A DNA stretch of 64,000 bases, taken from Rhizomicrobium sp. (GTDB lineage Bacteria; Pseudomonadota; Alphaproteobacteria; Micropepsales; Micropepsaceae). Both the position numbers and the translations under genes were made by a program. Shown piece by piece: positions 49,499 to 59,450 of this stretch. The stretch covers positions 20,534-84,533 of the forward strand of contig DATCRK010000070.1 in NCBI GenBank assembly GCA_036569005.1. Reading direction: 5' to 3'. Position 1 is the first letter of the stretch; the number at the start of each line of letters is the position of its first letter. The notes below the pieces were generated by a model that was given only the letters and a program-made list of their open reading frames with translations, was not told the DNA's origin and made no database searches.

Positions 49499-51082
49499 GT
49501 GGCTTTCGAAACGCCCACGCAGTTTCCGCGGTTCTCCGCCCTCACCCGGCGCATCATCTTCTTCAACGCGGTCGCGCTGATCATCCTGATCGGCGGCGTG
49601 CTCGTCGTGCAGACGAGCGGCCGCAGCCTGATCGACGAGCGCATCAGCGGCATCCGCCAGCAGGCACTGATCGTGGCCGGAACGCTGGCCGAGTACACAA
49701 CCAATGAAGAAACGCACAAGCTGAAGGAAGAGGAAGCAGAGTCGCTCCTGCGCCAGCTCATCGCGCCAACCAAGCTGCGCGCGCGGCTTTACGGCACCGA
49801 TGGACGGCTGGAGACGGACACGCGCGAGCTCCTGCCGCGCAATGTGGTGCAGGTGTCAGAGCTTCCGCCGCTCGATTTCTGGAGCCGTGTCGATCAGACG
49901 TGGAAGCGCATCTTCGATGGCGTGATGGGTATCCGCCCCTTTGCGCGGTTGCAGCCCTATTTCGAAGCGGGCAGCGACGGGCGCGTCTATGCGGAGGTGA
50001 ACGCGGCGCTCAGCGGCGAAACCGCCACCGCCGAGCGCGTCGACGAGCGCAACCGCATGGTGCTGTCGGTCGCCGCGCCGATCCAGCGCTTCAAGGCGAT
50101 CTATGGCGTGCTGATGGTCTCCACCGAAGGCGGCGATATCGACGACATCATCCGCGAAGAGCGCGTGACGCTGATCGAGGTGTTCGCGGTGGCGCTGATC
50201 GTGATGCTGTTGTCCTCGCTCTACCTCGCGGGCTTCATTGCCGAGCCGATCCGCCGCCTCGCTGCTGCCGCGGACACCGTGCGCAGCGGCCGCGCGGGCC
50301 GCGATACCATTCCGCGCTTCCGCGAACGGCATGACGAGATCGGCGACCTGTCGGAAAGCCTTTCTGCGATGACACAGGCGCTTTACGACCGCATCGACGC
50401 CATCGAAAGCTTCGCCGCCGACGTGGCGCACGAACTGAAGAACCCGCTCACTTCGCTGAAAAGCGCGATCGAGATGTTCTCCCGCGCGAAGGACGATTCC
50501 TCCCGCGAGAAACTGATGGACGTGGTGCGCAATGACGTACGCCGTATCGACCGCCTCATCAGCGATATCTCCGATGCGTCGCGCCTGGATGCCGAACTCA
50601 GCCGCGAAACGCCGGATCGCGTGGATCTCACGCATCTGCTGAAGACCATCGTCGAGGTCTATAAATTCATGGAGCTGCCGCGCGGCGTGACGCTGGCGCT
50701 TGCCTCCACCTTGCCCGAGGGCGCAACTGTGATCGGCCGCGACGAACGGCTCGGCCAGATCTTCCGCAATCTCATCGACAACGCCGTCTCGTTCAGCCCG
50801 GACAAGGCGACGGTTTCGATCACCGCGCGCGCGGAAAACGGCAAAGCGCTCATCGGTGTCGCCGACGAAGGCCCGGGCATTCCGCCCGACAATCTGGAAT
50901 CGGTGTTCAACCGCTTTTATACCGAGCGTCCGGCGGAACACGGCTTCGGCAAGAATTCCGGCCTCGGCCTCTCTATCGCGCGGCAGATCGCGGAAGGCGC
51001 GAATGGCCGGATATGGGCGGAAAACCGCGAAACCGGCGGCGCGCGCTTCACCGTTGAATTGCCGCTCGCAAGGACCACATAA
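49499..51082 (+). CDS. chvG: sensor histidine kinase ChvG (ExoS/BvrS family)
   Basis: GTG start. Two TM segments flanking a periplasmic domain. H-box FAADVAHELKNPLTSLKSA, N-box NLIDNAVSFS, DEGPGI, GLGLSIARQI. Confidence 0.9.
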   Translation: MAFETPTQFPRFSALTRRIIFFNAVALIILIGGVLVVQTSGRSLIDERISGIRQQALIVAGTLAEYTTNEETHKLKEEEAESLLRQLIAPTKLRARLYGTDGRLETDTRELLPRNVVQVSELPPLDFWSRVDQTWKRIFDGVMGIRPFARLQPYFEAGSDGRVYAEVNAALSGETATAERVDERNRMVLSVAAPIQRFKAIYGVLMVSTEGGDIDDIIREERVTLIEVFAVALIVMLLSSLYLAGFIAEPIRRLAAAADTVRSGRAGRDTIPRFRERHDEIGDLSESLSAMTQALYDRIDAIESFAADVAHELKNPLTSLKSAIEMFSRAKDDSSREKLMDVVRNDVRRIDRLISDISDASRLDAELSRETPDRVDLTHLLKTIVEVYKFMELPRGVTLALASTLPEGATVIGRDERLGQIFRNLIDNAVSFSPDKATVSITARAENGKALIGVADEGPGIPPDNLESVFNRFYTERPAEHGFGKNSGLGLSIARQIAEGANGRIWAENRETGGARFTVELPLARTT

Positions 51083-51583
51083 GTGACTATGGTGAACATT
51101 CACGCCTCCTGTGTCCTGCTCGGCGATGCGGGAAAGGTCTTCGGCGCGCTGGAAGATACCGGCGTTCTCTTGCTGGGTGAAAGCGGCAAAGGAAAATCCG
51201 ACCTCGCATTGCGCCTCATCGAGCGCGGCGCGAAACTCGTCGCCGATGACCGCTGTGAGATTTCCGCACGCGACGGCGCGCTGTATGCGCGCGCCCCGAA
51301 ATCGCTCGCGGGTCTCATTGAAGTGCGCGGCGCGGGCATTGTCGCACTGCCTTTCGCAACCGAAGCGCGCATCGCGCTCGCCGTCGAAATGATGGAAGAA
51401 GGCTATGTGCCGCGCATGCCGCAGACCGAGCGCTATATGACGCCGCCGGAGATCGTCATTCAGGAAGATGAACGGCCGCCGCTCATCTGGCTCGCGCCAT
51501 TCGAAGCCTCGGCGCCCGCGAAAGTGGCGATTGCCGCTGCGGCGTTTTCCAAGGCACTTTTCCGTGAGCATCGCAACCCTTAA
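51083..51583 (+). CDS. hprK: truncated HPr kinase/phosphorylase (alphaproteobacterial type)
   Basis: Starts directly after the chvG stop. P-loop LLLGESGKGKSDLALRLI, LVADD, IEVRGAGI. 166 aa and lacks the N-terminal domain. Confidence 0.88.
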   Translation: MTMVNIHASCVLLGDAGKVFGALEDTGVLLLGESGKGKSDLALRLIERGAKLVADDRCEISARDGALYARAPKSLAGLIEVRGAGIVALPFATEARIALAVEMMEEGYVPRMPQTERYMTPPEIVIQEDERPPLIWLAPFEASAPAKVAIAAAAFSKALFREHRNP

Positions 51584-51646
51584 ATCCCCTTTTCTCGCGC
51601 GCGCGAATTGCTATCGTTCGCGCCGCGAGGGGGCCTGGTTTTTGTC

Positions 51647-52051
51647 ATGATTGGAATCGTTCTCGTTACGCATGGACGTCTCGCGCAGGAAATCATTTCC
51701 GCGATGGAGCACATGGTCGGCCCGCAGACACATCTGCGCGCCGTGTGCATCGGCCCCGAAGACGATATCGAGCGCCGCCAGCGCGAGATCGCTGCTGCCG
51801 CCAAAGCGGTCGACATGGGCAGCGGCGTCGTGATCGCCACCGACATGTATGGCGGAACGCCCTGCAATCTCGCGCTCACATTGCTGGCGCGCGGCAAGGT
51901 GGAAGTGCTTGCCGGCGCGAACCTGCCCAGCCTCATCAAGCTGGTGGACATTCGCGGGCGCCTGCCGCTCGAGCAGGCGGTGAAGGAAGCCATCGACGCG
52001 GGCCGCAAATACATGCGCGCCGGCTCGGCCGACCTGGCAGGTCACGGATGA
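51647..52051 (+). CDS. PTS EIIA component, mannose family
   Basis: MIGIVLVTHGRLAQE (phospho-His region) and ATDMYGGTPCN. 134 aa. Confidence 0.88.
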   Translation: MIGIVLVTHGRLAQEIISAMEHMVGPQTHLRAVCIGPEDDIERRQREIAAAAKAVDMGSGVVIATDMYGGTPCNLALTLLARGKVEVLAGANLPSLIKLVDIRGRLPLEQAVKEAIDAGRKYMRAGSADLAGHG

Positions 52052-52332
52052 GCGAGCCTTCGCGGCGGCGCGCCGTCGCCACGATCGTCAACAAGAAAGG
52101 CTTGCACGCGCGCGCCTCCGCGAAACTCGTCGAAGCATCGGCGCGGTTTCAATCGCGCGTCACGGTGAGCAAGGACGGGCAATCGGTGGACGGCCGCTCC
52201 ATCATGGGATTGATGATGCTGGGCGCGCCGCTCGGCACGCAGATCGAGATCACCGTGGAAGGCGCGGACGCCGATGAGGCGATGAAAGCGATCCTGGCGC
52301 TGGTGGAAGCGAAATTCGGCGAAGACGACTAA
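52048..52332 (+). CDS. HPr-family phosphocarrier protein
   Basis: ATGA overlap. NKKGLHARASAKLV (His-15 region) and DGRSIMGLMMLGA (Ser-46 region). 94 aa. Confidence 0.9.
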   Translation: MSEPSRRRAVATIVNKKGLHARASAKLVEASARFQSRVTVSKDGQSVDGRSIMGLMMLGAPLGTQIEITVEGADADEAMKAILALVEAKFGEDD

Positions 52333-52333
52333 C

Positions 52334-53254
52334 ATGGCCACGAAGGTACGGAATTTCCTGAAAGTCGCTTTCGCGCTTCTGTTCGCGCTGCTCGCGCCGC
52401 GCGCCTTTGCCGACGCCCCGGCACAGCCGGTTCTGGGAAAGATCGAAGCCCATCCCGCGTTGTGGACGGTGCATGGGCCGAAAGGCACCGCCTATCTCTT
52501 CGGCTCGATTCATATCCTGCCGCCGAATATGGAATGGCGCACGCCGAAGGTGACCGCGGCGTTGAAGGCGTCCGACACTTTCGTGTTCGAAGTCCCGCTC
52601 GACGATGCGACGCAGGCGCGTGTCGCCGATTTTGTGCGTGACAACGCCACCTTACCGGTGGGCACGTCCCTGCCCTCGCTGCTGAATGACGAGGCGCGCA
52701 AGGATTATCGTGATGCGCTCGCGGTATCGGGCGTTTCTGGCGCGATGCTGGTGGACAAGCGGCCCTGGTTCGCCGCGCTGGTGATCGAAGTGGGCTACAT
52801 GAACCAGCGCCACCTTTCACCGGACGCCGGCGTCGACAAGCAGGTTTACGCCGATGCGCTGGCGCGCGGCGTCAAGAACTTCCGCGCACTCGAAACGCCG
52901 GAGGAGCAGTTCCGTCTCCTCATGCCGGACGATCGCAAGCTGGAAGTCAAGGAGTTCGATGCCAGCCTGAAGGAAGTTCTCAAGGACAAGGGCGAGATCG
53001 GCAACCTGATCGATGCCTGGGCCGCGGGCGACGTGAACCGCCTCGGCCACCTCATGAACAGTGAGCTCAAAAGCGATCCGCGCATGGAGAAGGAATTGCT
53101 GGACGACCGCAACGCCAAATGGGTCGGCAAGATCACGGCGATGCTGAACGAGGACCACACTTATTTCATCACCGTCGGCGCCGGTCACCTGGCCGGGCCA
53201 AAAGGCGTGCCCGCGTTGTTGCGCGCAAAAGGATTCAAGGTCGACGGCCCCTAG
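52334..53254 (+). CDS. TraB/GumN family protein, secreted
   Basis: Signal peptide. YLFGSIHILP and FITVGAGHLAGP motifs. 1-nt gap after the HPr gene. Confidence 0.85.
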   Translation: MATKVRNFLKVAFALLFALLAPRAFADAPAQPVLGKIEAHPALWTVHGPKGTAYLFGSIHILPPNMEWRTPKVTAALKASDTFVFEVPLDDATQARVADFVRDNATLPVGTSLPSLLNDEARKDYRDALAVSGVSGAMLVDKRPWFAALVIEVGYMNQRHLSPDAGVDKQVYADALARGVKNFRALETPEEQFRLLMPDDRKLEVKEFDASLKEVLKDKGEIGNLIDAWAAGDVNRLGHLMNSELKSDPRMEKELLDDRNAKWVGKITAMLNEDHTYFITVGAGHLAGPKGVPALLRAKGFKVDGP

Positions 53255-54660
53255 ACGCGCGACAACGGCGGCGCGACATCCTCCAGCGATTGGCGCTCCG
53301 CGTTGACGCCGATCCATATCTCGACCGCCCCCGCCAGAACCATCAGAACGCCGCCGATCACATAACCCAGAAACACGTCCCCGCGCGCGCCGCTTTCGAT
53401 CAGCGCGCCGAAGATGAGCGGCCCGGTGATGCCGCCCAGCGCGGTGCCGAACGCATAGAAGATGCCGATGGCCCGCGCGCGCACTTCCAGCGGGAAGCTC
53501 TCGCCCACGGTGAGATAGGCCGCGCTCGCGCCGCAGGAGGCGAAGAAGAAGTTGATGGACCACAGCGCCGTCTGCACGCCCGCGCCGACGATACCTTTCG
53601 CGAACAGCCAGCCTGTGGCCAGCATGATGATACCGGAAATCGCGTAGGTCGCCGCGATCATCACTTTTCGGCCCACGGTATCGAACAGATGCCCCAGCAG
53701 CAGCGGTCCCAGCACGTTACCGAGCGCGAACGGGAGCAGATAAAGCCCGACCGATTGGGGCGCGATGCCATAGAACTTCGTGAGGATCAGCGCATAGGTA
53801 AAGAAGATCGCGTTGTAGCAGAACGCCTGCGTCGTCATCAGCACGATGCCCAGCACCGTGCGGCGCGGATAGCGCGCGAACAACGAACGCACGATTTCAC
53901 CGAAACTGCGCCGCGTTGCGGAAAGTTCGATGGTCTGCGCCGGCATCGCGTCATGCGCATGACCTTCCACGCGCCGCTCGATGTCGGCCACCGTGCGCTC
54001 CGCAGCTTCGACATCGCCGTGGATCATCAGCCAGCGCGGGCTTTCCGGCACGAAGCGGCGCAAAAAGACGACGACGATCGCCAGCACGCCGCCGATCACA
54101 AACGCCAATCGCCATCCCAGCCATGCGGGAATGAGCGCAGTATCGAGCACCACCAGCGAACCCAGCGCACCGACGGCGGCGCCGATCCAGAAGCTGCCGT
54201 TGATCGCCAGATCGACACGCCCGCGGAAGCGCGCCGGCGTGAACTCCTGTATCGCGGAATTGATCGCGGAATATTCCCCGCCGATGCCCGCGCCCGTCAG
54301 CATGCGAAAGAATGCGAAACTCGCGAAATTCCACGAGAAGCCGGTCGCGATGGTGGCTATGAGATAGAGCCCGACCGTCACGGTGAAGAGCTTCTTGCGG
54401 CCGAAACGGTCCGCCAGATCGCCGAACACCAGCGCGCCGATCACGGCGCCCGCCACATAGAGACTACCCGTCAGGCCGATCTGGCTCGGCGAAAGCGCCA
54501 GCGTGGATTTTTCCGAGAGCACGCCGGAGAGCGAACCCACAAGCGTCACTTCAAGACCGTCGAGGATCCAGGTGATGCCCAGCGCCATCACGATCAGGGT
54601 GTGAAAGCGGCTCCAGGGAAGGCGGTCGAGGCGGGCGGGAATATCGGTGCGAAACGCCAT
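53251..54660 (-). CDS. MFS transporter (metabolite:H+ symporter-like)
   Basis: Start MAFRTDIPARLDRLPWSRFH at 54660. DRFGRKK loop motif. About 12 TM segments. Confidence 0.85.
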   Translation of the reverse strand: MAFRTDIPARLDRLPWSRFHTLIVMALGITWILDGLEVTLVGSLSGVLSEKSTLALSPSQIGLTGSLYVAGAVIGALVFGDLADRFGRKKLFTVTVGLYLIATIATGFSWNFASFAFFRMLTGAGIGGEYSAINSAIQEFTPARFRGRVDLAINGSFWIGAAVGALGSLVVLDTALIPAWLGWRLAFVIGGVLAIVVVFLRRFVPESPRWLMIHGDVEAAERTVADIERRVEGHAHDAMPAQTIELSATRRSFGEIVRSLFARYPRRTVLGIVLMTTQAFCYNAIFFTYALILTKFYGIAPQSVGLYLLPFALGNVLGPLLLGHLFDTVGRKVMIAATYAISGIIMLATGWLFAKGIVGAGVQTALWSINFFFASCGASAAYLTVGESFPLEVRARAIGIFYAFGTALGGITGPLIFGALIESGARGDVFLGYVIGGVLMVLAGAVEIWIGVNAERQSLEDVAPPLSRV

Positions 54661-54700
54661 GCGCTTCGATAGCGCGCGAATATCGGACGGCGCAACCTGT

Positions 54701-55732
54701 TCAGCCTTCGGTCTGCGCCGCAACGCGCAACAGGGATTGATGGAACTTCTCCGGCTCCGCAAGGAACGGAAAATGCGCCGATTGCTCGAACCAAATGATT
54801 TCCTTGTGCGGCGCGTCCAGCCGCTTTGCATATTCCTGCGCGCACGGCGGTGGTGTCACATGATCGCCGCGACCTTCGAAGAAATAGACCGGCACGGGAA
54901 TGCGCGGCACCGCATCCATCAGGGCGCCCGAATACACATCCCGTTTCAGATGGCCGTGCGTAAAGCGGATTCCCTCTCGCGTGTGCCAGACGTCGCGCAG
55001 GGAATATTCCGGCGCGCGCAAGCTCATCAGCCACAACGGCATCTTGTTGGTCGCCTGCTCCAGCGCGCCGCCATAAGCGAACACGGCCACCTCGTGGTCG
55101 AACGGCTTGTGGGCTTCGATGGTTTTCACAAGCGTGTTGTCGTGACGCGCGACCGCTTGCGACAGCAGCCATGTCTCCTGCATCGCCTGAACGCGCTTCC
55201 ACCGGCATGCCACCTGCCCCACGCCCACATAGGCGCGCACAAGATCGGGCCGCTGCGCCGCGACGAGCGCGCCCAGCTCCGTACCGTAGGAATGACCAAC
55301 GAGAATGACTTTGCGCGCGCCGAACCGCGCCTGCAGGTTCTCGATCAACGCGATGGTGTCCGAGATTTCCTGGCCGGTGCGCATGCGGGGCATGTCGGCC
55401 GGACCGCGATAACTCTTGCCGGCGCCACGCCGGTCCCACTGCACGACAAGGAAATCGTCTTCGAGCGGGCGCTGGAACGCATGCGCGAACCGCATCATCG
55501 CATTGCCGGGGCCGCCATGCAGAAAGAGAACGATGGGCGCGTGACGATCACGGCCACGGATCAGCACCCATTGCGGATCGCCACCCATTGTCACCTGTTC
55601 CAGAGATGCAATAGCGGCGCCGGGATGCGCAGGATCGTCGGCAATCGCGGGCGTGTACGCCCGTGACGCCCACCATGCGAGCGCAGCCACGACGGCCATC
55701 GCCGCTGCGCATCCCCCAACAATCCGCTGCAT
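54701..55732 (-). CDS. alpha/beta hydrolase, membrane-anchored or secreted
   Basis: N-terminal hydrophobic segment. HGGPG oxyanion region and nucleophile elbow GHSYG. 343 aa. Confidence 0.8.
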   Translation of the reverse strand: MQRIVGGCAAAMAVVAALAWWASRAYTPAIADDPAHPGAAIASLEQVTMGGDPQWVLIRGRDRHAPIVLFLHGGPGNAMMRFAHAFQRPLEDDFLVVQWDRRGAGKSYRGPADMPRMRTGQEISDTIALIENLQARFGARKVILVGHSYGTELGALVAAQRPDLVRAYVGVGQVACRWKRVQAMQETWLLSQAVARHDNTLVKTIEAHKPFDHEVAVFAYGGALEQATNKMPLWLMSLRAPEYSLRDVWHTREGIRFTHGHLKRDVYSGALMDAVPRIPVPVYFFEGRGDHVTPPPCAQEYAKRLDAPHKEIIWFEQSAHFPFLAEPEKFHQSLLRVAAQTEG

Positions 55733-55830
55733 CGAGCCCCGAGCTCTGTGCTCTACGGCGGAAATCCTAGCGGATCAGAGATTGATATTTGGAAAATGCC
55801 ATTTCCGGCAAAAGCTTACGGCTTAAATAA

Positions 55831-55844
55831 GGATATGCATATCC
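55831..55844. promoter_or_regulatory. perfect 14-bp palindrome GGATATGCATATCC in the AT-rich ahcY upstream region
   Basis: Read directly from the sequence. It lies 74 nt upstream of the proposed ahcY GTG, in the divergent region shared with the hydrolase gene. Confidence 0.4.
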
Positions 55845-55917
55845 CTTTATATGTTCCTTGCCCACCCTCGCCCCGGCTGCTATACCGCGCGGCGCTAACC
55901 CTCGAAGGATTCTCATC

Positions 55918-57318
55918 GTGGCCAACGACTACGTTGTTGCAGACATCAAGCTTGCCGATTTCGGCCGCAAGGAAATCTCGATCGCCGAAACCGAAATGCC
56001 CGGCCTGATGGCCACGCGCGAAGAATTCGGCAAGTCCAAGCCGCTGAAGGGCGCGCGCATCGCCGGATCGCTGCACATGACGATCCAGACCGCGGTGCTG
56101 ATCGAGACGCTCAAAGAACTCGGCGCCGATGTGCGCTGGGTGTCGTGCAACATCTACTCCACGCAAGACCATGCCGCCGCCGCCATCGCCGCCACCGGCA
56201 CGCCGGTCTTCGCCGTGAAGGGCGAGAGCCTGAAAGATTATTGGGATTACACCGCGCGCCTGTTCGACTGGCACGGCGGCGGTTTCCCGAACATGATCCT
56301 CGACGACGGCGGCGACGCCACGATGCTGGTGCATCACGGCCTGCGCGCCGAGAAGGGCGACACCGCTTTCCTCGACAAGCCGGGCAATGAGGAAGAGGAA
56401 GTCTTCTTCGCGCTCATCAAGCGCCTGTTGAAGGAAAAGCCGAAGGGCTGGTTCGCGGACGTCGCCGCCAACATCAAAGGCGTTTCGGAAGAAACCACCA
56501 CCGGCGTGCATCGCCTCTACATCATGGAAAAGGAAGGCAAGCTGCTCTTCCCCGCCATCAACGTGAACGACAGCGTCACCAAGTCGAAGTTCGACAACCT
56601 CTATGGTTGCCGCGAGTCGCTGGTGGACGGCATCCGCCGCGGCACCGACGTGATGATGGCCGGCAAGGTCGCCATGGTTGCGGGCTTCGGCGACGTGGGC
56701 AAAGGCTCCGCCGCGTCGCTGCGCCAGGCCGGTTGCCGCGTGCTCGTCTCCGAAATCGATCCGATCTGCGCGCTGCAGGCCGCGATGGAAGGCTATGAAG
56801 TGGTGACGATGGACGATGCCGCGCCGCGCGCCGACATCTTCGTCACCGCGACGGGCAATGTGGATGTCATCACCATCGACCACATGCGCAAGATGAAAGA
56901 CCGCGCCATCGTCTGCAACATCGGCCATTTCGACTCCGAGATTCAGGTCGCGGCGCTGAAGAACCTGAAATGGGACAACATCAAGCCGCAGGTCGACGAG
57001 ATCACCTTCCCCGACAACCACCGCATCATCCTGCTGTCGGAAGGCCGCCTGGTGAACCTTGGTAACGCGATGGGCCACCCGTCCTTCGTGATGTCGGCGT
57101 CGTTCACCAACCAGACCTTGGCGCAGATGGAGCTATTCAACGCGAACGGCAAGTACCAGAAGAAGGTCTATACGCTGCCGAAGCATCTCGATGAGAAGGT
57201 CGCGCGCCTGCACCTCGCCAAGGTCGGCGCGAAGTTGACGGAGCTCTCCAAGACGCAAGCCGACTACATCAGCGTGCCGCAGGCAGGGCCCTACAAGCCG
57301 GATCACTACCGCTATTAA
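55918..57318 (+). CDS. ahcY: adenosylhomocysteinase
   Basis: [29 protein letters not shown]-terminus. NAD motif [11 protein letters not shown]-terminal [11 protein letters not shown] at 55918 preceded by GAAGGA. Confidence 0.95.
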   Translation: MANDYVVADIKLADFGRKEISIAETEMPGLMATREEFGKSKPLKGARIAGSLHMTIQTAVLIETLKELGADVRWVSCNIYSTQDHAAAAIAATGTPVFAVKGESLKDYWDYTARLFDWHGGGFPNMILDDGGDATMLVHHGLRAEKGDTAFLDKPGNEEEEVFFALIKRLLKEKPKGWFADVAANIKGVSEETTTGVHRLYIMEKEGKLLFPAINVNDSVTKSKFDNLYGCRESLVDGIRRGTDVMMAGKVAMVAGFGDVGKGSAASLRQAGCRVLVSEIDPICALQAAMEGYEVVTMDDAAPRADIFVTATGNVDVITIDHMRKMKDRAIVCNIGHFDSEIQVAALKNLKWDNIKPQVDEITFPDNHRIILLSEGRLVNLGNAMGHPSFVMSASFTNQTLAQMELFNANGKYQKKVYTLPKHLDEKVARLHLAKVGAKLTELSKTQADYISVPQAGPYKPDHYRY

Positions 57319-57327
57319 GGAACCTTC

Positions 57328-58026
57328 GTGCCCCGTTCTTCGCACAGCGAACACCACCGCATCGGCCGTGAAGGCTGGCTGCGCGCGGCGGTGTTGGGTG
57401 CGAATGACGGGGTGCTTTCCACCGCAAGCCTGATTCTCGGCGTGGCAACGGCCACCCATTCTCCCGGCGGGATTCTCGTCGCCGGCGTTTCGGGCCTGCT
57501 TGCCGGCGCATTGTCCATGGCGGCCGGCGAATATGTTTCCGTGAGTTCGCAGGCGGACATAGAAAAAGCCGATATCGCACTGGAAAGCCGCGAGCTGGCG
57601 GAAGAACCCGGCGCGGAGCTTCGCGAACTCACCAACATCTACATCAAGCGCGGCCTGACGAAGGAACTTGCGGCGCAAGTCGCGCAGCAGCTTACCGCGA
57701 AGGATGCGCTCGCCGCGCATGCACGCGATGAACTCGGCATCTCCGTCCACACGCGAGCCCGGCCGATTCAGGCGGCGCTGGCTTCCGCGGCCTCGTTCGC
57801 GGCCGGCGCGGCCGTGCCGCTTGTCGCCGCCGTCATCATGCCGATCGGTGCGGTGGTGGCCACGGTCTATGCCGTTTCCGTGGTTGCTCTCGCAGGCCTG
57901 GGCGCGCTCGGCGCGCAGGCCGGCGGCGCGCCCATTCTTCCCGCCACGTTGCGCGTCACCTTCTGGGGCATCGTCGCCATGGCGGTGTCGGCCGGCGTCG
58001 GCACCCTCTTCCACGTGCAGGTGTGA
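57328..58026 (+). CDS. VIT1/CCC1-family iron/manganese transporter
   Basis: GWLRAAVLGANDGVLSTASLILGV, AGALSMAAGEYVSV. GTG start. 232 aa. Confidence 0.85.
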   Translation: MPRSSHSEHHRIGREGWLRAAVLGANDGVLSTASLILGVATATHSPGGILVAGVSGLLAGALSMAAGEYVSVSSQADIEKADIALESRELAEEPGAELRELTNIYIKRGLTKELAAQVAQQLTAKDALAAHARDELGISVHTRARPIQAALASAASFAAGAAVPLVAAVIMPIGAVVATVYAVSVVALAGLGALGAQAGGAPILPATLRVTFWGIVAMAVSAGVGTLFHVQV

Positions 58027-58385
58027 CGATGCCCGGACCGGTGATCCGCCAAAGCGACGCGTTTCACACGGCGAAGAACGGCGTCGACATGTGGATCTAC
58101 AACGGCAAGGCCGAATGTGCCGAGGCGGCCGTCGTCTATCAGGAAACCGCCGCCGGCCATGCCGAAGAATTCCGCCACGCCAAAAGCGCCTTCATCTTCT
58201 TCATCATCGAAGGCAGCGGCGAATGGATCATCGAAGATGAAACCTTCCCCGTCGCCGCGCGGGACGTGGTGATCGTGCCCAAAGGCAAGCGCTTCTGGTA
58301 TCGCGGCAATCTCAAGCAAGTCTGCGTCACCGCACCCGCCTGGGAAGCGGAGTACGAAGAGCACATCCGCGACGTGACGCTCTAG
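58023..58385 (+). CDS. cupin domain protein
   Basis: Overlaps the VIT stop (GTGA), with an alternative ATG at 58029. HAEEFRHAKSAFIFFIIEGSGEW...VIVPKG cupin motifs. Confidence 0.6.
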   Translation: MTMPGPVIRQSDAFHTAKNGVDMWIYNGKAECAEAAVVYQETAAGHAEEFRHAKSAFIFFIIEGSGEWIIEDETFPVAARDVVIVPKGKRFWYRGNLKQVCVTAPAWEAEYEEHIRDVTL

Positions 58386-59434
58386 TCGAACAGCGTCTTC
58401 ATCAATTTTCCCGGACGGGCTTCCTTCTGAAGCTGGTCGAAGGTGCATTGTCTGGGCGATTTATCGGGACGCCAGCGCACCAACCCGGTCCCATGCCGGA
58501 AGCGGTCGCCGGTGACGTGGTCGTAGCGCACTTCGACGACGAGCTTCGGCGTCAACGGTTCCCACTGCGCGCTGCGTTCCGTGGACCAGCGGCTCGGGCC
58601 GCCGGGTGCGTTGCCGGTGAAGCCTTCACCACCCCGCAATGGGGCCAGTTTCTTCTTGAGCGCACTCTGGTCGGCTTTCGCGATGCCGGACGTGAAGCCC
58701 ACATGATCAAGCTTGCCGTCGGCGTTATAGAGCCCAAGCAGCAGCGAGCCGATGTCTTTGCTTCCTGTCGCATAACGAAAGCCGCCGACGACGCAATCCG
58801 CCGTGCGCAGGCATTTCACCTTCAGCATCACGCGTTCTTCGGATATGTAAGGCAGATCGAGCGGCTTGGCGATCACGCCATCCAGCGCGCCGCGCCCCGC
58901 TTTGTTCAACCACTTCTTCGCGTCGGCGCGCTTCCGGCTATAGGGCGACAATTTGAGCCGATCCGATTTCGCGCTTCTATAGAATGCTTCCAGCGCGTGC
59001 CGCCGTTCAGCCAGCGTGTCATCCATCAACAATGTGCCGTTCGAATCTTCCAGCATGTCGAACAGCATCAAGATCGCCGGCGTCTCCTGTGAAAGCTTGT
59101 CGATCCGGCTTTGGGCGGGGTGCAGCCGCATCTGCAGCGCATCGAAAGACAGCGTCGTGCCCCGCGGAATAAGCAATTCGCCGTCCACCACGAACCGTTT
59201 CGGCCTCGCAGATTTCAGTGCTGCAACGATCTCGGGAAAGTAACGTGTCAGTGGCTTGCCGGATTTGGCGCGAAGCTCAACCTTCGCGCCATTCCGGAAG
59301 GCGAGACAGCGGAAGCCATCCCATTTGGGCTCGAACTGCCACTCGCCCTCATGCGGCAGCTCGTCCACCAGCCGCGCTTCCATCGGCCGGGTGTGCGTGG
59401 GCGACGGCTTGCGTCCGGCTGTCGTCATCCGCAA
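58382..59434 (-). CDS. stand-alone ATP-dependent DNA ligase (adenylation + OB domains)
   Basis: Motif I EPKWDGFRC (KxDG), DGELL, DGVIAK, LKVK. 350 aa. Possible internal start MEARLVDE. Confidence 0.88.
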   Translation of the reverse strand: MRMTTAGRKPSPTHTRPMEARLVDELPHEGEWQFEPKWDGFRCLAFRNGAKVELRAKSGKPLTRYFPEIVAALKSARPKRFVVDGELLIPRGTTLSFDALQMRLHPAQSRIDKLSQETPAILMLFDMLEDSNGTLLMDDTLAERRHALEAFYRSAKSDRLKLSPYSRKRADAKKWLNKAGRGALDGVIAKPLDLPYISEERVMLKVKCLRTADCVVGGFRYATGSKDIGSLLLGLYNADGKLDHVGFTSGIAKADQSALKKKLAPLRGGEGFTGNAPGGPSRWSTERSAQWEPLTPKLVVEVRYDHVTGDRFRHGTGLVRWRPDKSPRQCTFDQLQKEARPGKLMKTLFD

Positions 59435-59450
59435 TCCGCCGCCCCGGTGT

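Noticed and set aside
55845-55917. A possible SAH riboswitch in the ahcY leader (contains CGGCGCU and CGGCUGC strings).
   Set aside because: I could not assemble the conserved GAGG-GCGCUGC / CAGGCUC / AACGGCGCUCA cores or a convincing P1-P2-pseudoknot fold. It would need a covariance-model scan (Rfam SAH riboswitch model) to revisit.
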